NCBI GenBank assembly: GCA_030740155.1
Contig: JASLXV010000032.1
Coordinates: forward strand, 1-64,000
DNA length: 64,000 nt
DNA from: Dehalococcoidia bacterium
GTDB taxonomy: Bacteria; Chloroflexota; Dehalococcoidia; Lucifugimonadales; UBA3495
Direction: 5' to 3'
Positions 27,964-38,473 of this stretch are shown piece by piece (the first letter of the stretch is position 1; each line of letters starts with the position of its first letter). Position numbers and translations under genes: made by a program. A model generated the notes under the pieces. It ran no database searches, was not told the origin of the DNA, and saw only the letters and a list, made by a program, of their open reading frames with translations.

Positions 27964-29718
27964 TTACTTGCGGCTGCCGGCGAAGCTGACTTTCTTCAAT
28001 AGGTCCGAGCGGTCGGTCCAACCGGGGTCGATGGCCAGGGTGTCCAGGGCCATCTGGCCGTTCTCCTGCCGGACGGTGATGACCTTGAGCCACTCGGCAT
28101 CGTTCTGCTCCGGGTACTCTTCCCGGTAGTGGCCGCCGCGGCTCTCGGTGCGCATGGCGATCGCCTTGGCGGACATCTCCGCTACGACCAGCATGTTCAG
28201 CAGGTCCATCGCCTCCATCCGGTCGGCGGGTTCTTTGATGTGGAGTTGGGGGATGGTCTCCTGCCGAATCCGGGCCACGGTTTCCAGCACCCGGTTGCAC
28301 CCGGCCTCGGTCCGCACCGCGTTCAAGTCCTCCCACACCCGCCGCTGCAGCTCCAGTTTGGCGGTGGTGGGCCGGATCTTCCCCTGCAGCGAATCGAGGC
28401 TCCTTATCCGCTCCAACCCCTGGTCCACCACACCGGCGGACAGGGAGCCCGCCGCGCTCTCCCGGGCGAACCGGGCGGCGTCGCGGCCGGCCCTGGTGCC
28501 GAAAACCTGGCCGCAACCCAGCATGTGGCCGCCCATGCGGTCGGCGCCGTGGGGCCCCGATCCCGCCTCGCCGCCACCGGCGTACAGGCCGGGAATGTCG
28601 GTGCGGCCCTGCTCGTCCATGCGCGGTCCCCCGTGGGAGCAATGGCGGGCGACCACTATCTCCATGGGCCATTGGCTGGGGCGGACGCCCCGCTGGGCCA
28701 GGAAGTCCTGGTTGTAGATGCTCCGCTGGGTTATGTCCGGGCCGGTCATGTCCATGAAAACCCCGCCGTAGGGGCCGGTGCGGCCCGCCATCGTCTCCTT
28801 GACCATGGCGATGTCGGCCCACTTGCCGACGTTGGAAGAGGTGAACATCGGCTGGTAGGTCCGGGCCGCGAAGACCTCGTCGACGGTCAGGCCCGGCGGC
28901 AGGTAACTGGCCAGGAACTCCTCACCCAGCCCGTTCTTGAGCTTGGCGCCCTGCTGGAAGAGCCAGACGGAGCTGGGATGGGTTACGGCGGGCAAGGTCG
29001 ACAGGAAGAGCTGTCCGAACTCCATGTTCATCAGGGTAGCCCCCGCCTGGTAGGCCATGGCGTAGCCGTCCCCGGTGACGCAGGGCGGATGGAAGTTGTG
29101 GAGGTACAGCGCCGCGTCGCCGCCGGTGCACAGAATCACCGCACCAGCCTGGATAACCAGGGGATTTCCCTGAAAGTCGACCCCCACCGCCCCAACACAC
29201 CGGCCGCCGTCCATCAGCAGATCGGTGATCGCGGTCTCTTCGCGCACGTCCACCCCGCTCTCGAGGACCAGGGGCCGGAGCGCGGCGACTAACGGCACCC
29301 CGTGCCCTCTCAAGCGGTCGCCGTAGATCTTTACTCCCCACGCCTCCAACTGCTGGCGCTGCTCCATGACATCCTGCATCAGCACTCGGGCAACCTTGGG
29401 GTCGGCCATGCCCAAGCCCACCTGGATGATGACCTGGTAGTCGAGATCCAGGAGTTCCTCCAGGCTTATGGGGCCCCACTCCTTGGGGTCGATCAGCGGA
29501 TAGCCGTTCTCGGGATCGAAGTAGAAGAACGCTCCCTCCTCGGAGAGCCCTACCGCGGTCGCGCCCGCCCCGCGGACCCCTACTGACTCGAAGCGGCCCT
29601 TGACGGCCAAGACGGTCTTGGCGCCGGCCAGCCTGGCTTCCAGCGCCGCTCGGGTCCCGGCCCCGCCGCTTCCGATCACCAGGACATCGGTGACCACTGT
29701 TTCCGGTTTCGTTGCCAT
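27964..29718 (-). CDS. SdhA/FrdA/NadB-family flavoprotein, stand-alone
   Basis: 'DVLVIGSGGAG', 'TGDGYAMAYQAGA', 'HGADRMGG', 'RTESRGGHYREEYP'. Confidence 0.88.
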   Translation of the reverse strand: MATKPETVVTDVLVIGSGGAGTRAALEARLAGAKTVLAVKGRFESVGVRGAGATAVGLSEEGAFFYFDPENGYPLIDPKEWGPISLEELLDLDYQVIIQVGLGMADPKVARVLMQDVMEQRQQLEAWGVKIYGDRLRGHGVPLVAALRPLVLESGVDVREETAITDLLMDGGRCVGAVGVDFQGNPLVIQAGAVILCTGGDAALYLHNFHPPCVTGDGYAMAYQAGATLMNMEFGQLFLSTLPAVTHPSSVWLFQQGAKLKNGLGEEFLASYLPPGLTVDEVFAARTYQPMFTSSNVGKWADIAMVKETMAGRTGPYGGVFMDMTGPDITQRSIYNQDFLAQRGVRPSQWPMEIVVARHCSHGGPRMDEQGRTDIPGLYAGGGEAGSGPHGADRMGGHMLGCGQVFGTRAGRDAARFARESAAGSLSAGVVDQGLERIRSLDSLQGKIRPTTAKLELQRRVWEDLNAVRTEAGCNRVLETVARIRQETIPQLHIKEPADRMEAMDLLNMLVVAEMSAKAIAMRTESRGGHYREEYPEQNDAEWLKVITVRQENGQMALDTLAIDPGWTDRSDLLKKVSFAGSRK

Positions 29719-29862
29719 GTCTTATTTCTCCCTTTCCTCCCGTCGCGTGGCCCAAGAGGTGTGCGTAAGATTTTTCCCAAATGCTCTGGTTTGGCCCCAA
29801 GGGGGCGGGCGCTTCGGCCACCCCCTTGTTACTTCTCTGTTTTGCTGGGGAGTCCGGTTCGC

Positions 29863-31059
29863 CTAGACGACTCCCTTCTCCTTGAGCTGACGAACCCGGT
29901 CTGCGTCGTAACCCATGGCCTCCGCCAGGATTTCTTCGGTGTGCTCGCCGAGGGTGGGAGGCGACGTGACCTCGACCGGCGACCCGGACATCTTGATGGG
30001 GCAGCCGACGGTCAGGAAGGGGCCCCGAGTCGGGTAGTTCGGCTCCACGATCATCTCCCGCTCCCAGAGGTGGGGGTCTTTCACGAGGTCCCCCGTATCG
30101 TTCACCGCGCCGCAGGGTACGCCGGCCCCGGCCAGGACCTGCATCGCCTCTTGCTTGTCGCGCTGCAAGGTCCACGCCTCGGTCATGGCTTCGACTTCCG
30201 CGCGGATCTCCGTCCGCTTATCTTGGCTGTCGTATTTGGGGTCCTTGGCCAGCTCTTCCCTGCCGATGGTCCGGGCGAAAACCTCCCACATGGGCTGGTC
30301 GTGGACGTGAACGAACACGTAGTCGGTCGGCCCCCCTCCCTTGGTTTTAAAGATGCCGCTGGGCACCGCGCCGCGGAACCAGTTGCCGGTGGACGCGGGT
30401 GGCCTCTGCAGTCGCTGGTGGTCCCGGAGGTAGACCCGGCACAGGTTGAGCACCGAGTCCTGCATCGAGACCTCAACCTGCTGGCCCTCACCGGTGGCTT
30501 GACGCTGCACCAGCGCCGCCAGGATGCCCACGACGCAGTGGATGCCCGTTCCCGAATCTCCGATGGCCGCCCCGTTGAGCAGGGGTTGGTCGGGCAATCC
30601 GGTGACGCTCATGGCCCCGGAGACCGCCTGGGCTATTGGCTCGAAGCTCTTGAAGCTGGCGTTGGGGCCATAAGAGCCAAATCCCTTCACCGAGGCGTAG
30701 ATCAGGCGGGGGTTCACCTTCTTCATCGCTTCATAGCCGATCCCTAGACGTTCCGCCGTGCCCGGGCCGAAGTTCTCCATCAGCACATCGGCGGATTTGG
30801 CCAGGGAATGGAAGATCTCCTTGCCCTCGCCGGTCCTCAGGTTCAAGGTGATGCTGCGCTTGTTGGCGTTCAGGACCAGGAAGGTGAGGCTGTCGCTATC
30901 CTCCCGGTCCTTCATGCCGTGCCGGGCCGGGTCGCCCATGCCCGGCTGCTCTATCTTGATGACGTCGGCGCCCAGCCATCCCAGGACCTGGGTGCAAGAC
31001 GGTCCCGCCTGATAGTGGGTGAGGTCCAAGACTCGAATTCCCGTTAACGCTTTTGCCAT
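29863..31059 (-). CDS. Family III CoA-transferase, formyl-CoA transferase-like
   Basis: Start ATG 31059; 'LTHYQAGPSCTQVLGWLGADVIKIE', 'GAAIGDSGTG' with catalytic Asp. Confidence 0.92.
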   Translation of the reverse strand: MAKALTGIRVLDLTHYQAGPSCTQVLGWLGADVIKIEQPGMGDPARHGMKDREDSDSLTFLVLNANKRSITLNLRTGEGKEIFHSLAKSADVLMENFGPGTAERLGIGYEAMKKVNPRLIYASVKGFGSYGPNASFKSFEPIAQAVSGAMSVTGLPDQPLLNGAAIGDSGTGIHCVVGILAALVQRQATGEGQQVEVSMQDSVLNLCRVYLRDHQRLQRPPASTGNWFRGAVPSGIFKTKGGGPTDYVFVHVHDQPMWEVFARTIGREELAKDPKYDSQDKRTEIRAEVEAMTEAWTLQRDKQEAMQVLAGAGVPCGAVNDTGDLVKDPHLWEREMIVEPNYPTRGPFLTVGCPIKMSGSPVEVTSPPTLGEHTEEILAEAMGYDADRVRQLKEKGVV

Positions 31060-31233
31060 GATGGTTCGATACTCCTTTCTCCACCGGGCCTGGAATTTGG
31101 TCTTGGCCGGGCTCTCTCTTTCTCTCTCTCCGGGCGGTGCGCCTGGCATCGCTGGAGACCGAGGGCGACAGGCCAAGGCCAACAGGTGGTCCTTATTCGC
31201 TTACGAGTTCTCCGCCGGGTTGGGCCTCCGGCC

Positions 31234-32391
31234 CTACTCCACCACTTTGCGGTACCCCTTGAGGAGGTTGCGGGCCACGAGCCATCGGTGAACGTCGTTG
31301 GGCCCCTCGAGGATCTGCACCGCCCGGACGTCCCGGTAGAGCCTCTCCAGGGGCAGGTCCTTGGAGTAGCCAGCCGCCCCGAAGATTTGGATGGCCTTAT
31401 CGATGACCCGGGCCGCCATTTCGGGGACGAACACCTTGGCCATGGACAGCTCATACCGCGCGTCCAGCCCGTTGTCGATCTTCCAGGCAATGTCGATCAT
31501 CATCGTTCGCGCGGCGTGGATGTCGATGGCCGAATCCGCCAACTTTGCTTGGACCATCTGGCGGTTGGCCAGGGGCTCGCCGAAGGTGGAGCGCTGGTTG
31601 GCGTAGTCCACGGCCATCGACAGGGCCCGCTCCGCGGGGCCAAGGGTCTCCGAGGCGTTCCGGACGCGTGACCGGGCCAGGTGTACCCCCTGGGCAAACC
31701 CCCAACCCCCTCCCTCCGGCGTCAGGCGGTTGACGGAAGGGAGCACGCAGTCCTCGAAGTGGAACTCGGAGGTTTCGGAGTAGCCCATCATCGGTACGGG
31801 GCGGTCGAGCACGAAGCCGGGGGTGCCCCGGTCCACGATGAAATGGGTCATCCCCTCCCGCCGCTGGGTGCCCTCCATCCTGGCCACGAAAATCATGTAG
31901 TCGCACCGGTAGCCCCACCCGCTCCACAGCTTGGCGCCGTTGATGACGTAGTTGTCCCCATCGCGCCGGGCCGTGGTGGTGATACCGGCCAGGTCTCCCG
32001 CTGCCCCGGGCTCGGATAGCCCCACCGAGATCCTCAGGTCACCGTTCAGAGTGGGGTACAGGTACTTTTCCTTGATGTAATCACTGGCACTGAAGAGCAT
32101 CGCCGGAAAGACGATGGTGTCGAAAATCCGGCCGGTGAGCCAGGTCTTGTGGGTCTCGGTTTCAACCAGGAACATGCCCAGGGTGTCGAGCCCGCCACCT
32201 CCGAACTTCTCGGGCACTCCCAGGTTCCACAGCCCCAGCTCTTTCACCTTTTCCCTTAGGGGCAGCCGAATCTCGTCGGGCAGCTCAAAGTCGTCATGGT
32301 AATCCCGCTCGTAGGGGATGATCTCGGTTTCCACGAACTTGCGGACGGTGGTCTGCACCATCCGCAGTTCTTCGGGTATCTTTAGATCCAT
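31234..32391 (-). CDS. Acyl-CoA dehydrogenase
   Basis: 'LSEPGAAGD', 'NGAKLW', 'RSTFGEPLA', 'AIQIFGAAGY', catalytic 'ILEGP'. Confidence 0.95.
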   Translation of the reverse strand: MDLKIPEELRMVQTTVRKFVETEIIPYERDYHDDFELPDEIRLPLREKVKELGLWNLGVPEKFGGGGLDTLGMFLVETETHKTWLTGRIFDTIVFPAMLFSASDYIKEKYLYPTLNGDLRISVGLSEPGAAGDLAGITTTARRDGDNYVINGAKLWSGWGYRCDYMIFVARMEGTQRREGMTHFIVDRGTPGFVLDRPVPMMGYSETSEFHFEDCVLPSVNRLTPEGGGWGFAQGVHLARSRVRNASETLGPAERALSMAVDYANQRSTFGEPLANRQMVQAKLADSAIDIHAARTMMIDIAWKIDNGLDARYELSMAKVFVPEMAARVIDKAIQIFGAAGYSKDLPLERLYRDVRAVQILEGPNDVHRWLVARNLLKGYRKVVE

Positions 32392-32419
32392 CACTTCCTC
32401 TTCACAAATCTAGTTTCCA

Positions 32420-32540
32420 AGTATCCAAGCCAAGAGCTTGAGTGCCGGCCCCAGCGGTCCTTCGACAGGCTCAGGACGAACGGATAAGGTGCTCCCGCTC
32501 CGTTCGTGGTGAGCTTGTCGAACCACACTTTGGGATAGTT
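32420..32540 (+). mobile_element. MITE/REP-like element family A, copy 3
   Basis: GAGTGCCGGCCCCAGCGGTCCTTCGACAGGCTCAGGACGAACGG...GTTCGTGGTGAGCTTGTCGAACC...TTTGGGATAGTT, between the two ACAD paralogs. Confidence 0.65.
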
Positions 32541-32631
32541 CCCAAGCCGTTATTTGGCACGCTGCAATATGATGTCCCCTAGGGACTCGGCAAAACCAAT
32601 TTCATGAGACCACCGCCCTCCGGAGCGGGGC

Positions 32632-33780
32632 CTACTCCGTTACCTTGCGGTATCCCCTCAGGAGGTTGCGGGCCACGATCCAGCGGTGAATGTCGTTCGG
32701 ACCCTCGATTATCTGTATCGCCCGCACGTCGCGGTACAGCCGCTCCAGGGGCAGGTCTTTGGAGTAACCCGCGGCCCCGAAGATCTGAATGGCCCGGTCG
32801 ATGACTCGGGCCGCCATCTCGGAGACGTAGAACTTGCCCATGGATAGCTCTTGTCTGACGTCCTGGCCGTTGTCGATTTTCCAGGCCAGGTCGACCATCA
32901 TCGTCCGTGAGGCGTGGATCTCCACCATCGATTCCGCCAGCTTGCATTGGACCATCTGGCGGTTGGCCAGGGGCTCGCCGAAGGTGGAGCGTTGGTTGGC
33001 GTAGTCCACGGCCATCTCCAGGGCCCGCTCCGCTGGGCCGATGGACCAGGCAAGGTTCCTGACCCGGGTCCGCGACAGGTGTACCTGAGAGTCTCCCCAT
33101 CCCTTGCCTTCCGAGGTAAGGCGGTTAACGGAGGGCACCACGCAGTCCTCGAAATGGGACTCGGATGTCTCGGAGAACCCCATCATGTAGAGGGGGCGGA
33201 CTACGAAGCCCGGGGTGTTCCGGTCGACGATGAATAGGTTGATTCCCTCCCGCCGCTGGGTGCCCTTCATCCGGGCCTGAACGATCATGTAGTCGCACTT
33301 GTGGCCCCACCCGTTCCACATCTTGGCGCCGTTGAGGACGTAGTTATCCCCATCAAGTTTTGCGTTGGTGGTGATGCCGGCCAGGTCTCCTCCGGCCCCG
33401 GGCTCGGTGAGACCCCAAGCGCCTCGCAGCTCCCCACGAAGGGTGGGATACAGGTACTTTTCCTTGAGATAGCCACTGGCCCCATAGAGCAGAGGATTGG
33501 CCCCGGACTCGAACAGCCTGGTGGAAAGCCAGGTCTTGCGGGTCTCGTTCTCCGCGAGGAGCACGCCCAAAGTGTTGAGGCCGCCACCTCCGAACTCGGT
33601 AGGCGTGCCCAGATTCCACAGCCCCAGTTCCTTCACTTTCTCCCTTAGCGGCAACCTGATCTCGTCGGGGAGCTCGAAATCGTCGTGGTAATCCCGCTCG
33701 TAAGGGATAATCTCGTTCTCCACGAACTTGCGGACGGTGGCCTGCACCATCCATAGTTCTTCAGGTATGGTCAAATCCAT
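32632..33780 (-). CDS. Acyl-CoA dehydrogenase (close paralog of 31234..32391)
   Basis: Start ATG 33780 'MDLTIPEEL'; same motifs, long identical stretches with the neighbour. Confidence 0.95.
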   Translation of the reverse strand: MDLTIPEELWMVQATVRKFVENEIIPYERDYHDDFELPDEIRLPLREKVKELGLWNLGTPTEFGGGGLNTLGVLLAENETRKTWLSTRLFESGANPLLYGASGYLKEKYLYPTLRGELRGAWGLTEPGAGGDLAGITTNAKLDGDNYVLNGAKMWNGWGHKCDYMIVQARMKGTQRREGINLFIVDRNTPGFVVRPLYMMGFSETSESHFEDCVVPSVNRLTSEGKGWGDSQVHLSRTRVRNLAWSIGPAERALEMAVDYANQRSTFGEPLANRQMVQCKLAESMVEIHASRTMMVDLAWKIDNGQDVRQELSMGKFYVSEMAARVIDRAIQIFGAAGYSKDLPLERLYRDVRAIQIIEGPNDIHRWIVARNLLRGYRKVTE

Positions 33781-33941
33781 GATTCCCCGCCTCCCTGCGG
33801 CTTTTTCCGTGAGATCGGCCGACGCCGCGCAAAACCCCGCCACCCGCCGGTTTGGAGCTTCTTGGCAAGGGCCAGGGAAACCCTTTCTCGAAAGGGAGGG
33901 TTTCCCTGACGTCCCGCTGCTAGGGATTGCCCGCCGAGGGC

Positions 33942-35147
33942 CTAGGCCACGGCCTGAGCCTCTTTCATACTGCTTATGTCGCCCGGAACGTAGCCCAGTT
34001 CCTTCAGAATCTCATCGGTTTGCGCGCCGGACTCGGGCGCGGGCGTAAAGTTGGTGAGTCCGGGCGTGTCCGAGAAGCCGATGGGCACGCCTATCTGGCG
34101 TATCTTGCCCAGCACCGGGTCGTCGAGTTCCCCTACCATTCCCCGTTGCACGATCTGGGGGTCATTCAAGGCTTCGTCGATGGTGTAAACCTTGCCGATG
34201 CAGATGTTGTGGTCCTTCAAAAGGTCCCACCATTCGTCCCTGGTCCGGGTCATGAAGATTCTCTCCAGCTCCCGGTGCACCTCGTCCCACTCCTCGGTGG
34301 GGGGAGCGTCCTGATGCTCGGGGGCTTGCTTCCAGGGGAGCAGGTCCTCCCGCTCGATGACGCGGCAGAAGTTCTCCCAGAAGTGGTGCTCGATGCACCC
34401 GATGGTGAACCACTTCCCATCCTTGGTCTCGTAGGCGCTGTAGTAAGGGTAGGAGCCGGCGGTGGCGGGCTCCCCCCGCTTGGGGCCTACACCTTCCAGG
34501 ATGTGGCTGTAGAGGGCACCGGAGCCGCTCATGATGCTGACCACCCCATAGACGTAGGACACATCGAGATGTTGGCCCTTTCCCGTTTGCTGCCGGGCCA
34601 TCAGCGCGGCCAGGACCGCGATGACTCCGTGCAGGGATGCCGACGAGAGGTCGGCGATCAGGTTGAGGGGCTCGACCGGCGGGCCGCCCCGGGTGCCGAG
34701 CATGTCCAGGACACCGGACATGGCCATGTAGTTCAGGTCGTGGCCGGGGAGGTGGCTGTAAGGCCCGGTCTGACCGTAGCCGCTGAGCGAGCAGTAGACG
34801 ATCCGGGGGTTGATGGCTCGGATCGTGTCGTAATCCACGCCCAGCCGCTTGGCGATCCCCGGCCTGTACCCTTCCACCACCACGTCGGCCGTGGCGGCCA
34901 GCTTTTGGAAAACCTCCTGGCTGGCGGCCTGCTTCAGGTCAAGGACGATGCTCTTCTTGTTGCGGTCGAGCCCCTGGCGTCGAATCCTTTGCTCCCGGTC
35001 GGTGCCCCGGGACCCTCGAACGGGGTCGTCGGGCCCATCGATCTTGATCACCTCGGCGCCCATGTCCGCCATCAGCCTGGTACAGAAGGCGCCGGGACCC
35101 ACCCGGGTCAACTCCAGGATTCGTATTCCATTCATTGGTGCAGTCAT
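33942..35147 (-). CDS. Family III CoA-transferase, alpha-methylacyl-CoA racemase-like
   Basis: 'GPGAFCTRLMADMGAEV', 'GHDLNYMAMSG', 'NLIADL'. Confidence 0.9.
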   Translation of the reverse strand: MTAPMNGIRILELTRVGPGAFCTRLMADMGAEVIKIDGPDDPVRGSRGTDREQRIRRQGLDRNKKSIVLDLKQAASQEVFQKLAATADVVVEGYRPGIAKRLGVDYDTIRAINPRIVYCSLSGYGQTGPYSHLPGHDLNYMAMSGVLDMLGTRGGPPVEPLNLIADLSSASLHGVIAVLAALMARQQTGKGQHLDVSYVYGVVSIMSGSGALYSHILEGVGPKRGEPATAGSYPYYSAYETKDGKWFTIGCIEHHFWENFCRVIEREDLLPWKQAPEHQDAPPTEEWDEVHRELERIFMTRTRDEWWDLLKDHNICIGKVYTIDEALNDPQIVQRGMVGELDDPVLGKIRQIGVPIGFSDTPGLTNFTPAPESGAQTDEILKELGYVPGDISSMKEAQAVA

Positions 35148-35234
35148 ATTCCCCTCCTTCAGTATTTCCTTGGTGAAGAGCCCGGGGCCCTTTCGAGAAA
35201 CGACTCCCCTCGCCCCCGGCTTGCGGCTTCCGGG

Positions 35235-36719
35235 TTAGATTATAGCCTCCTGATTTCGGAGGGCGGTCTGTAGGACTTCCACGTCCAGGTCTCTGGGGGT
35301 CGTGCCCTCCTGAGCCGCCAGGGCCGCGGCGGCGCCCGCGGCGTGGCCGGTGGTCATGCACACGGACTGTTGCCGGACGGAAGCCTGAGCTATGTGATCG
35401 GCGGATATGCACCGGCCGGCGGTGAGCAGCCCCTCCACGTCTTTCGGCAGGAGGGCCCGGTATGGAATGTGGAACCAGCCCTTTTCGCCTCCGACCTCAC
35501 GCAGATCGGTGGGCTTTGTTCCGCCGTCCTCGTCGTGGATGTCAACGTAGGCCCCGCAGCGGCCAACGGCGTCCATGAACTCCCGCCCTTCCATCGCGTC
35601 CGCCTCGGTCAGGATGTAATCCCCGGTGATGCGCCGGCTCTCCCGGATTCCGAACATGGGCGCGGAGAGCAGCAGATAGCAGTTCTCGTAGCCGGGAATG
35701 TATTTGCGGTAGAAGGCGACCATCCCCAGAATGAACTTCCTGGAGGCCATGATGGCCTGGGCCAGCTCCTTTCGGTTGGTGGGCATGATGCCGAACGAGG
35801 TGTCCATGTTGTGGGCGGTGATGTAGGGGTCGGCCCGGCCGCCCCGCCAGATGGTGCGGAAGGGCCCCAGTTGAAAGACCGGACCCTTGGCGCCCAGGGC
35901 CACCGGGAAGTCGCCGTTTTCGATGGCCTGGTGATGCACCTTCTTGAACCCCTGGAACATCAGGGGCATGCCGGCCTTCAACCTTTGCTCCAGCACCTCG
36001 GGGGTGCTCTTGCTGGCGGAACTCTCCCGGCGAAGCTCGTCGGGGTTCTCCTTGAAGTAGTTCAGGACGCCCTGGATGTTCACGCCACCCACCAGGAAGT
36101 AGAGACTGGACGCCTGGGGACGGCCATCCGACGCGCGCCCCACCTCGAAGGGCGCCCCGGCCCGGTGGGCCACCGCGCCGTCGCCGGAGCAATCCACCAC
36201 CACCTTGGCCCAGATGACGTTCAGGCCGCCGTTGGTGGAAACCAGCACCCCGGCCACCCGGTTGCCGTCCATCACCACATCGACGAACTGGGCGCTGAAC
36301 CAGATGTCGACCCCGGCGTCGGTCATCATATCTTCCATGACCACCTTGGTCAGCTCATGGTCGAAATTCAGCTTGACGGTGGGATCGTCTTTCTTCCCCC
36401 AGGCGCCTCCCAATCCGATGAGCCGGTTGAGGAACTCCTGGGCCACGCCCCGGACCAGCGGGTCCCCTTCGTAGGATATCTCCTGGTCTTCGGTGGCAAT
36501 GCCCTGGTGGCGGAAGCCGGCGCTTCCCAGGACCATTGCCCCGGTCATGGTGCCGCCCAGGAACGGCAGGCTCTCCACGAGGGTGGTGCGTGCCCCTTTC
36601 CGGGCGGAGGCATAGGCCGCGGCCCATCCGGCGGTCCCGCCGCCGACCACCACCACATCGGTCTCTTCCTCTGATTCAATGGACGCGCTCAAGTGTTGCA
36701 TATTGGTCAGGGCAACCAT
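35235..36719 (-). CDS. FAD-dependent oxidoreductase (FAD_oxidored family)
   Basis: Start ATG 36719 after AGGAGG; 'DVVVVGGGTAG', 'VDCSGDG', 'GIRESRRITG', 'IPYRALLP', 'AGRCIS'. Confidence 0.88.
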   Translation of the reverse strand: MVALTNMQHLSASIESEEETDVVVVGGGTAGWAAAYASARKGARTTLVESLPFLGGTMTGAMVLGSAGFRHQGIATEDQEISYEGDPLVRGVAQEFLNRLIGLGGAWGKKDDPTVKLNFDHELTKVVMEDMMTDAGVDIWFSAQFVDVVMDGNRVAGVLVSTNGGLNVIWAKVVVDCSGDGAVAHRAGAPFEVGRASDGRPQASSLYFLVGGVNIQGVLNYFKENPDELRRESSASKSTPEVLEQRLKAGMPLMFQGFKKVHHQAIENGDFPVALGAKGPVFQLGPFRTIWRGGRADPYITAHNMDTSFGIMPTNRKELAQAIMASRKFILGMVAFYRKYIPGYENCYLLLSAPMFGIRESRRITGDYILTEADAMEGREFMDAVGRCGAYVDIHDEDGGTKPTDLREVGGEKGWFHIPYRALLPKDVEGLLTAGRCISADHIAQASVRQQSVCMTTGHAAGAAAALAAQEGTTPRDLDVEVLQTALRNQEAII

Positions 36720-37005
36720 GGTTTCCTCCTGTGCCCAGCGGTTCTCTCCTTTGAGAGACACCGCGTTCGATGTCTATTAATCTCACCCGCCGCGACCGGC
36801 GACGGGCCACATGCGATACCATTTCGAACCGTTACGTCATTTCGCGACGTGAAAATCAGGCCCGCCCCCGCCCAAGGCCCCGCGAGCCGGCTGGGAAGCT
36901 CCTTTTGGCCCAAAGCAAACGGAGATATGGGAGATTCATCCTCGAGAGCCTTGACTGGGCCGGACCTGCCGAGGGACGGACGGAGTCTTCTGGAAGCGGT
37001 CCCGT

Positions 37006-38223
37006 TCACTCGATGACGCCCTCTTCCACCAGCCGGGCAATTTCCCCGTCGGAGAGGCCCAGGAGTTCGGAATAAACGTAGCCGTTGGCCTTGCCCAGGG
37101 ATGGCGCCGGGCGCCGGAAGCGGGCCGGGGTTTCGCTCAGGAAAGCGGGCGAGGCCTCGTAGGTGAAATCTCTAACCTCGGGGTCCTCCACGTCCCAGAA
37201 GTGCCCCCGGTGGCGTAGCTGGGGTTCAGCCCTCACTTGGGCGCTGTCGAGGGAGATACCGACCGGAACGCCGGCCGCCTGCAGCACGGTGGCGGTCTCC
37301 TCGGCATCTCTTTGCTCGGTCCAATTCTCGATCAGCCGGTCCAGTTCATCGGTGTGCCCGCGCCGATTTGATTCCGTGGAGAACCGCTCTTCACGGGTCC
37401 AGGCCGGGTTGCCCAACACCCGGCAAAATGCCAGCCATTGCTCCTCGTTGAAGACGGTGATGGCGCACCAGCGGTCATCGCCCTGGCAACGGTAGACGCC
37501 GTGGGGAGAGGCTTCGGGGTCGCTGTTCCCCCGGCGGGTCTGAACCCTGCCGTTGGCGCTGTAATCCATTATCGCGGTGCCCAGCAGGTCAATGGCGGCC
37601 TCGAAATCCGAGGCGTCGATGAACTGGCCCTTGCCCGTCCGGTTGCGGTACTCCAGGGCGGCCATGACCGCCGTAACCCAGACCGGGGGCAGGAAGTGGT
37701 CGGTCAGCGCTCCTCCGGGAGACATGGGTTCCCTCTCCGGCCAGCCGGTGACCTTGTAGAGCCCGGTCATCGCGGCCAGGACCGGGCCGTGGCCCCGGAA
37801 GTTCTGGTAGGGCCCGGACTGGCCGGCCAGAGACATTGCTATCATGATAATGTCCGGCTTGACCTTCTTCAACTCATCGTAGCCCAGCCCCAGATTGTCG
37901 ATGGCCCTCACGGTCCAATTCTCCGCGACGATGTCGGCAACCTTCACCAGGCCTTTGGCCAATTCCATCCCTTCCGGGCGTTTCAGGTTCAGCTGGATCC
38001 CCCTCTTGTTCTGGTTGTACCGGTGGAACATCACGGCCTTATCGGCGTCCGGAGGGCCGCCCACCCAGGGTCCGTGCCGGCGCATGACGTCCAAACGGGT
38101 GGATGTCTCCACTTTGATCACTTCGGCCCCGAAGTCGGCGAAGTGATGGGTGGTCAACGGGCCGACTCCTGCTATGGAGAAATCTATGACCCTGATGCCT
38201 TCCAACGCCTGCTTTGGGTTCAT
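37006..38223 (-). CDS. Family III CoA-transferase, catalytic (BbsF-like) subunit, copy 1
   Basis: Start ATG 38223; 'GGALTDH' Asp retained; follows an E-type partner. Confidence 0.9.
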   Translation of the reverse strand: MNPKQALEGIRVIDFSIAGVGPLTTHHFADFGAEVIKVETSTRLDVMRRHGPWVGGPPDADKAVMFHRYNQNKRGIQLNLKRPEGMELAKGLVKVADIVAENWTVRAIDNLGLGYDELKKVKPDIIMIAMSLAGQSGPYQNFRGHGPVLAAMTGLYKVTGWPEREPMSPGGALTDHFLPPVWVTAVMAALEYRNRTGKGQFIDASDFEAAIDLLGTAIMDYSANGRVQTRRGNSDPEASPHGVYRCQGDDRWCAITVFNEEQWLAFCRVLGNPAWTREERFSTESNRRGHTDELDRLIENWTEQRDAEETATVLQAAGVPVGISLDSAQVRAEPQLRHRGHFWDVEDPEVRDFTYEASPAFLSETPARFRRPAPSLGKANGYVYSELLGLSDGEIARLVEEGVIE

Positions 38224-38347
38224 GGGACACCTCTGCTGCGTGATTTGCCGCGAGCATGCCTGCTTAACCCCTGCCGGTGGCCCAGCCCGCCGCCGGTGGC
38301 TGGTGGCCGGTGGTTGGCGCCGCCGCTTTGCCTGAACCACTGAATAT

Positions 38348-38463
38348 CGATCTCAAAAGGTGGTTCGACAAGCTCACCACGAACGGAGCAGGAGCGCGCT
38401 ATCCGTTCGTCCTGAGCCTGTCGAAGGACCGCTGGAGTCGGCACTAAAGGTTTTGTGATAGTC
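38348..38463 (-). mobile_element. MITE/REP-like element family A, copy 4
   Basis: ATCTCAAAA...TTTTGTGATAGTC ends with the family A core. Confidence 0.7.
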
Positions 38464-38473
38464 GCTGAGGCCG

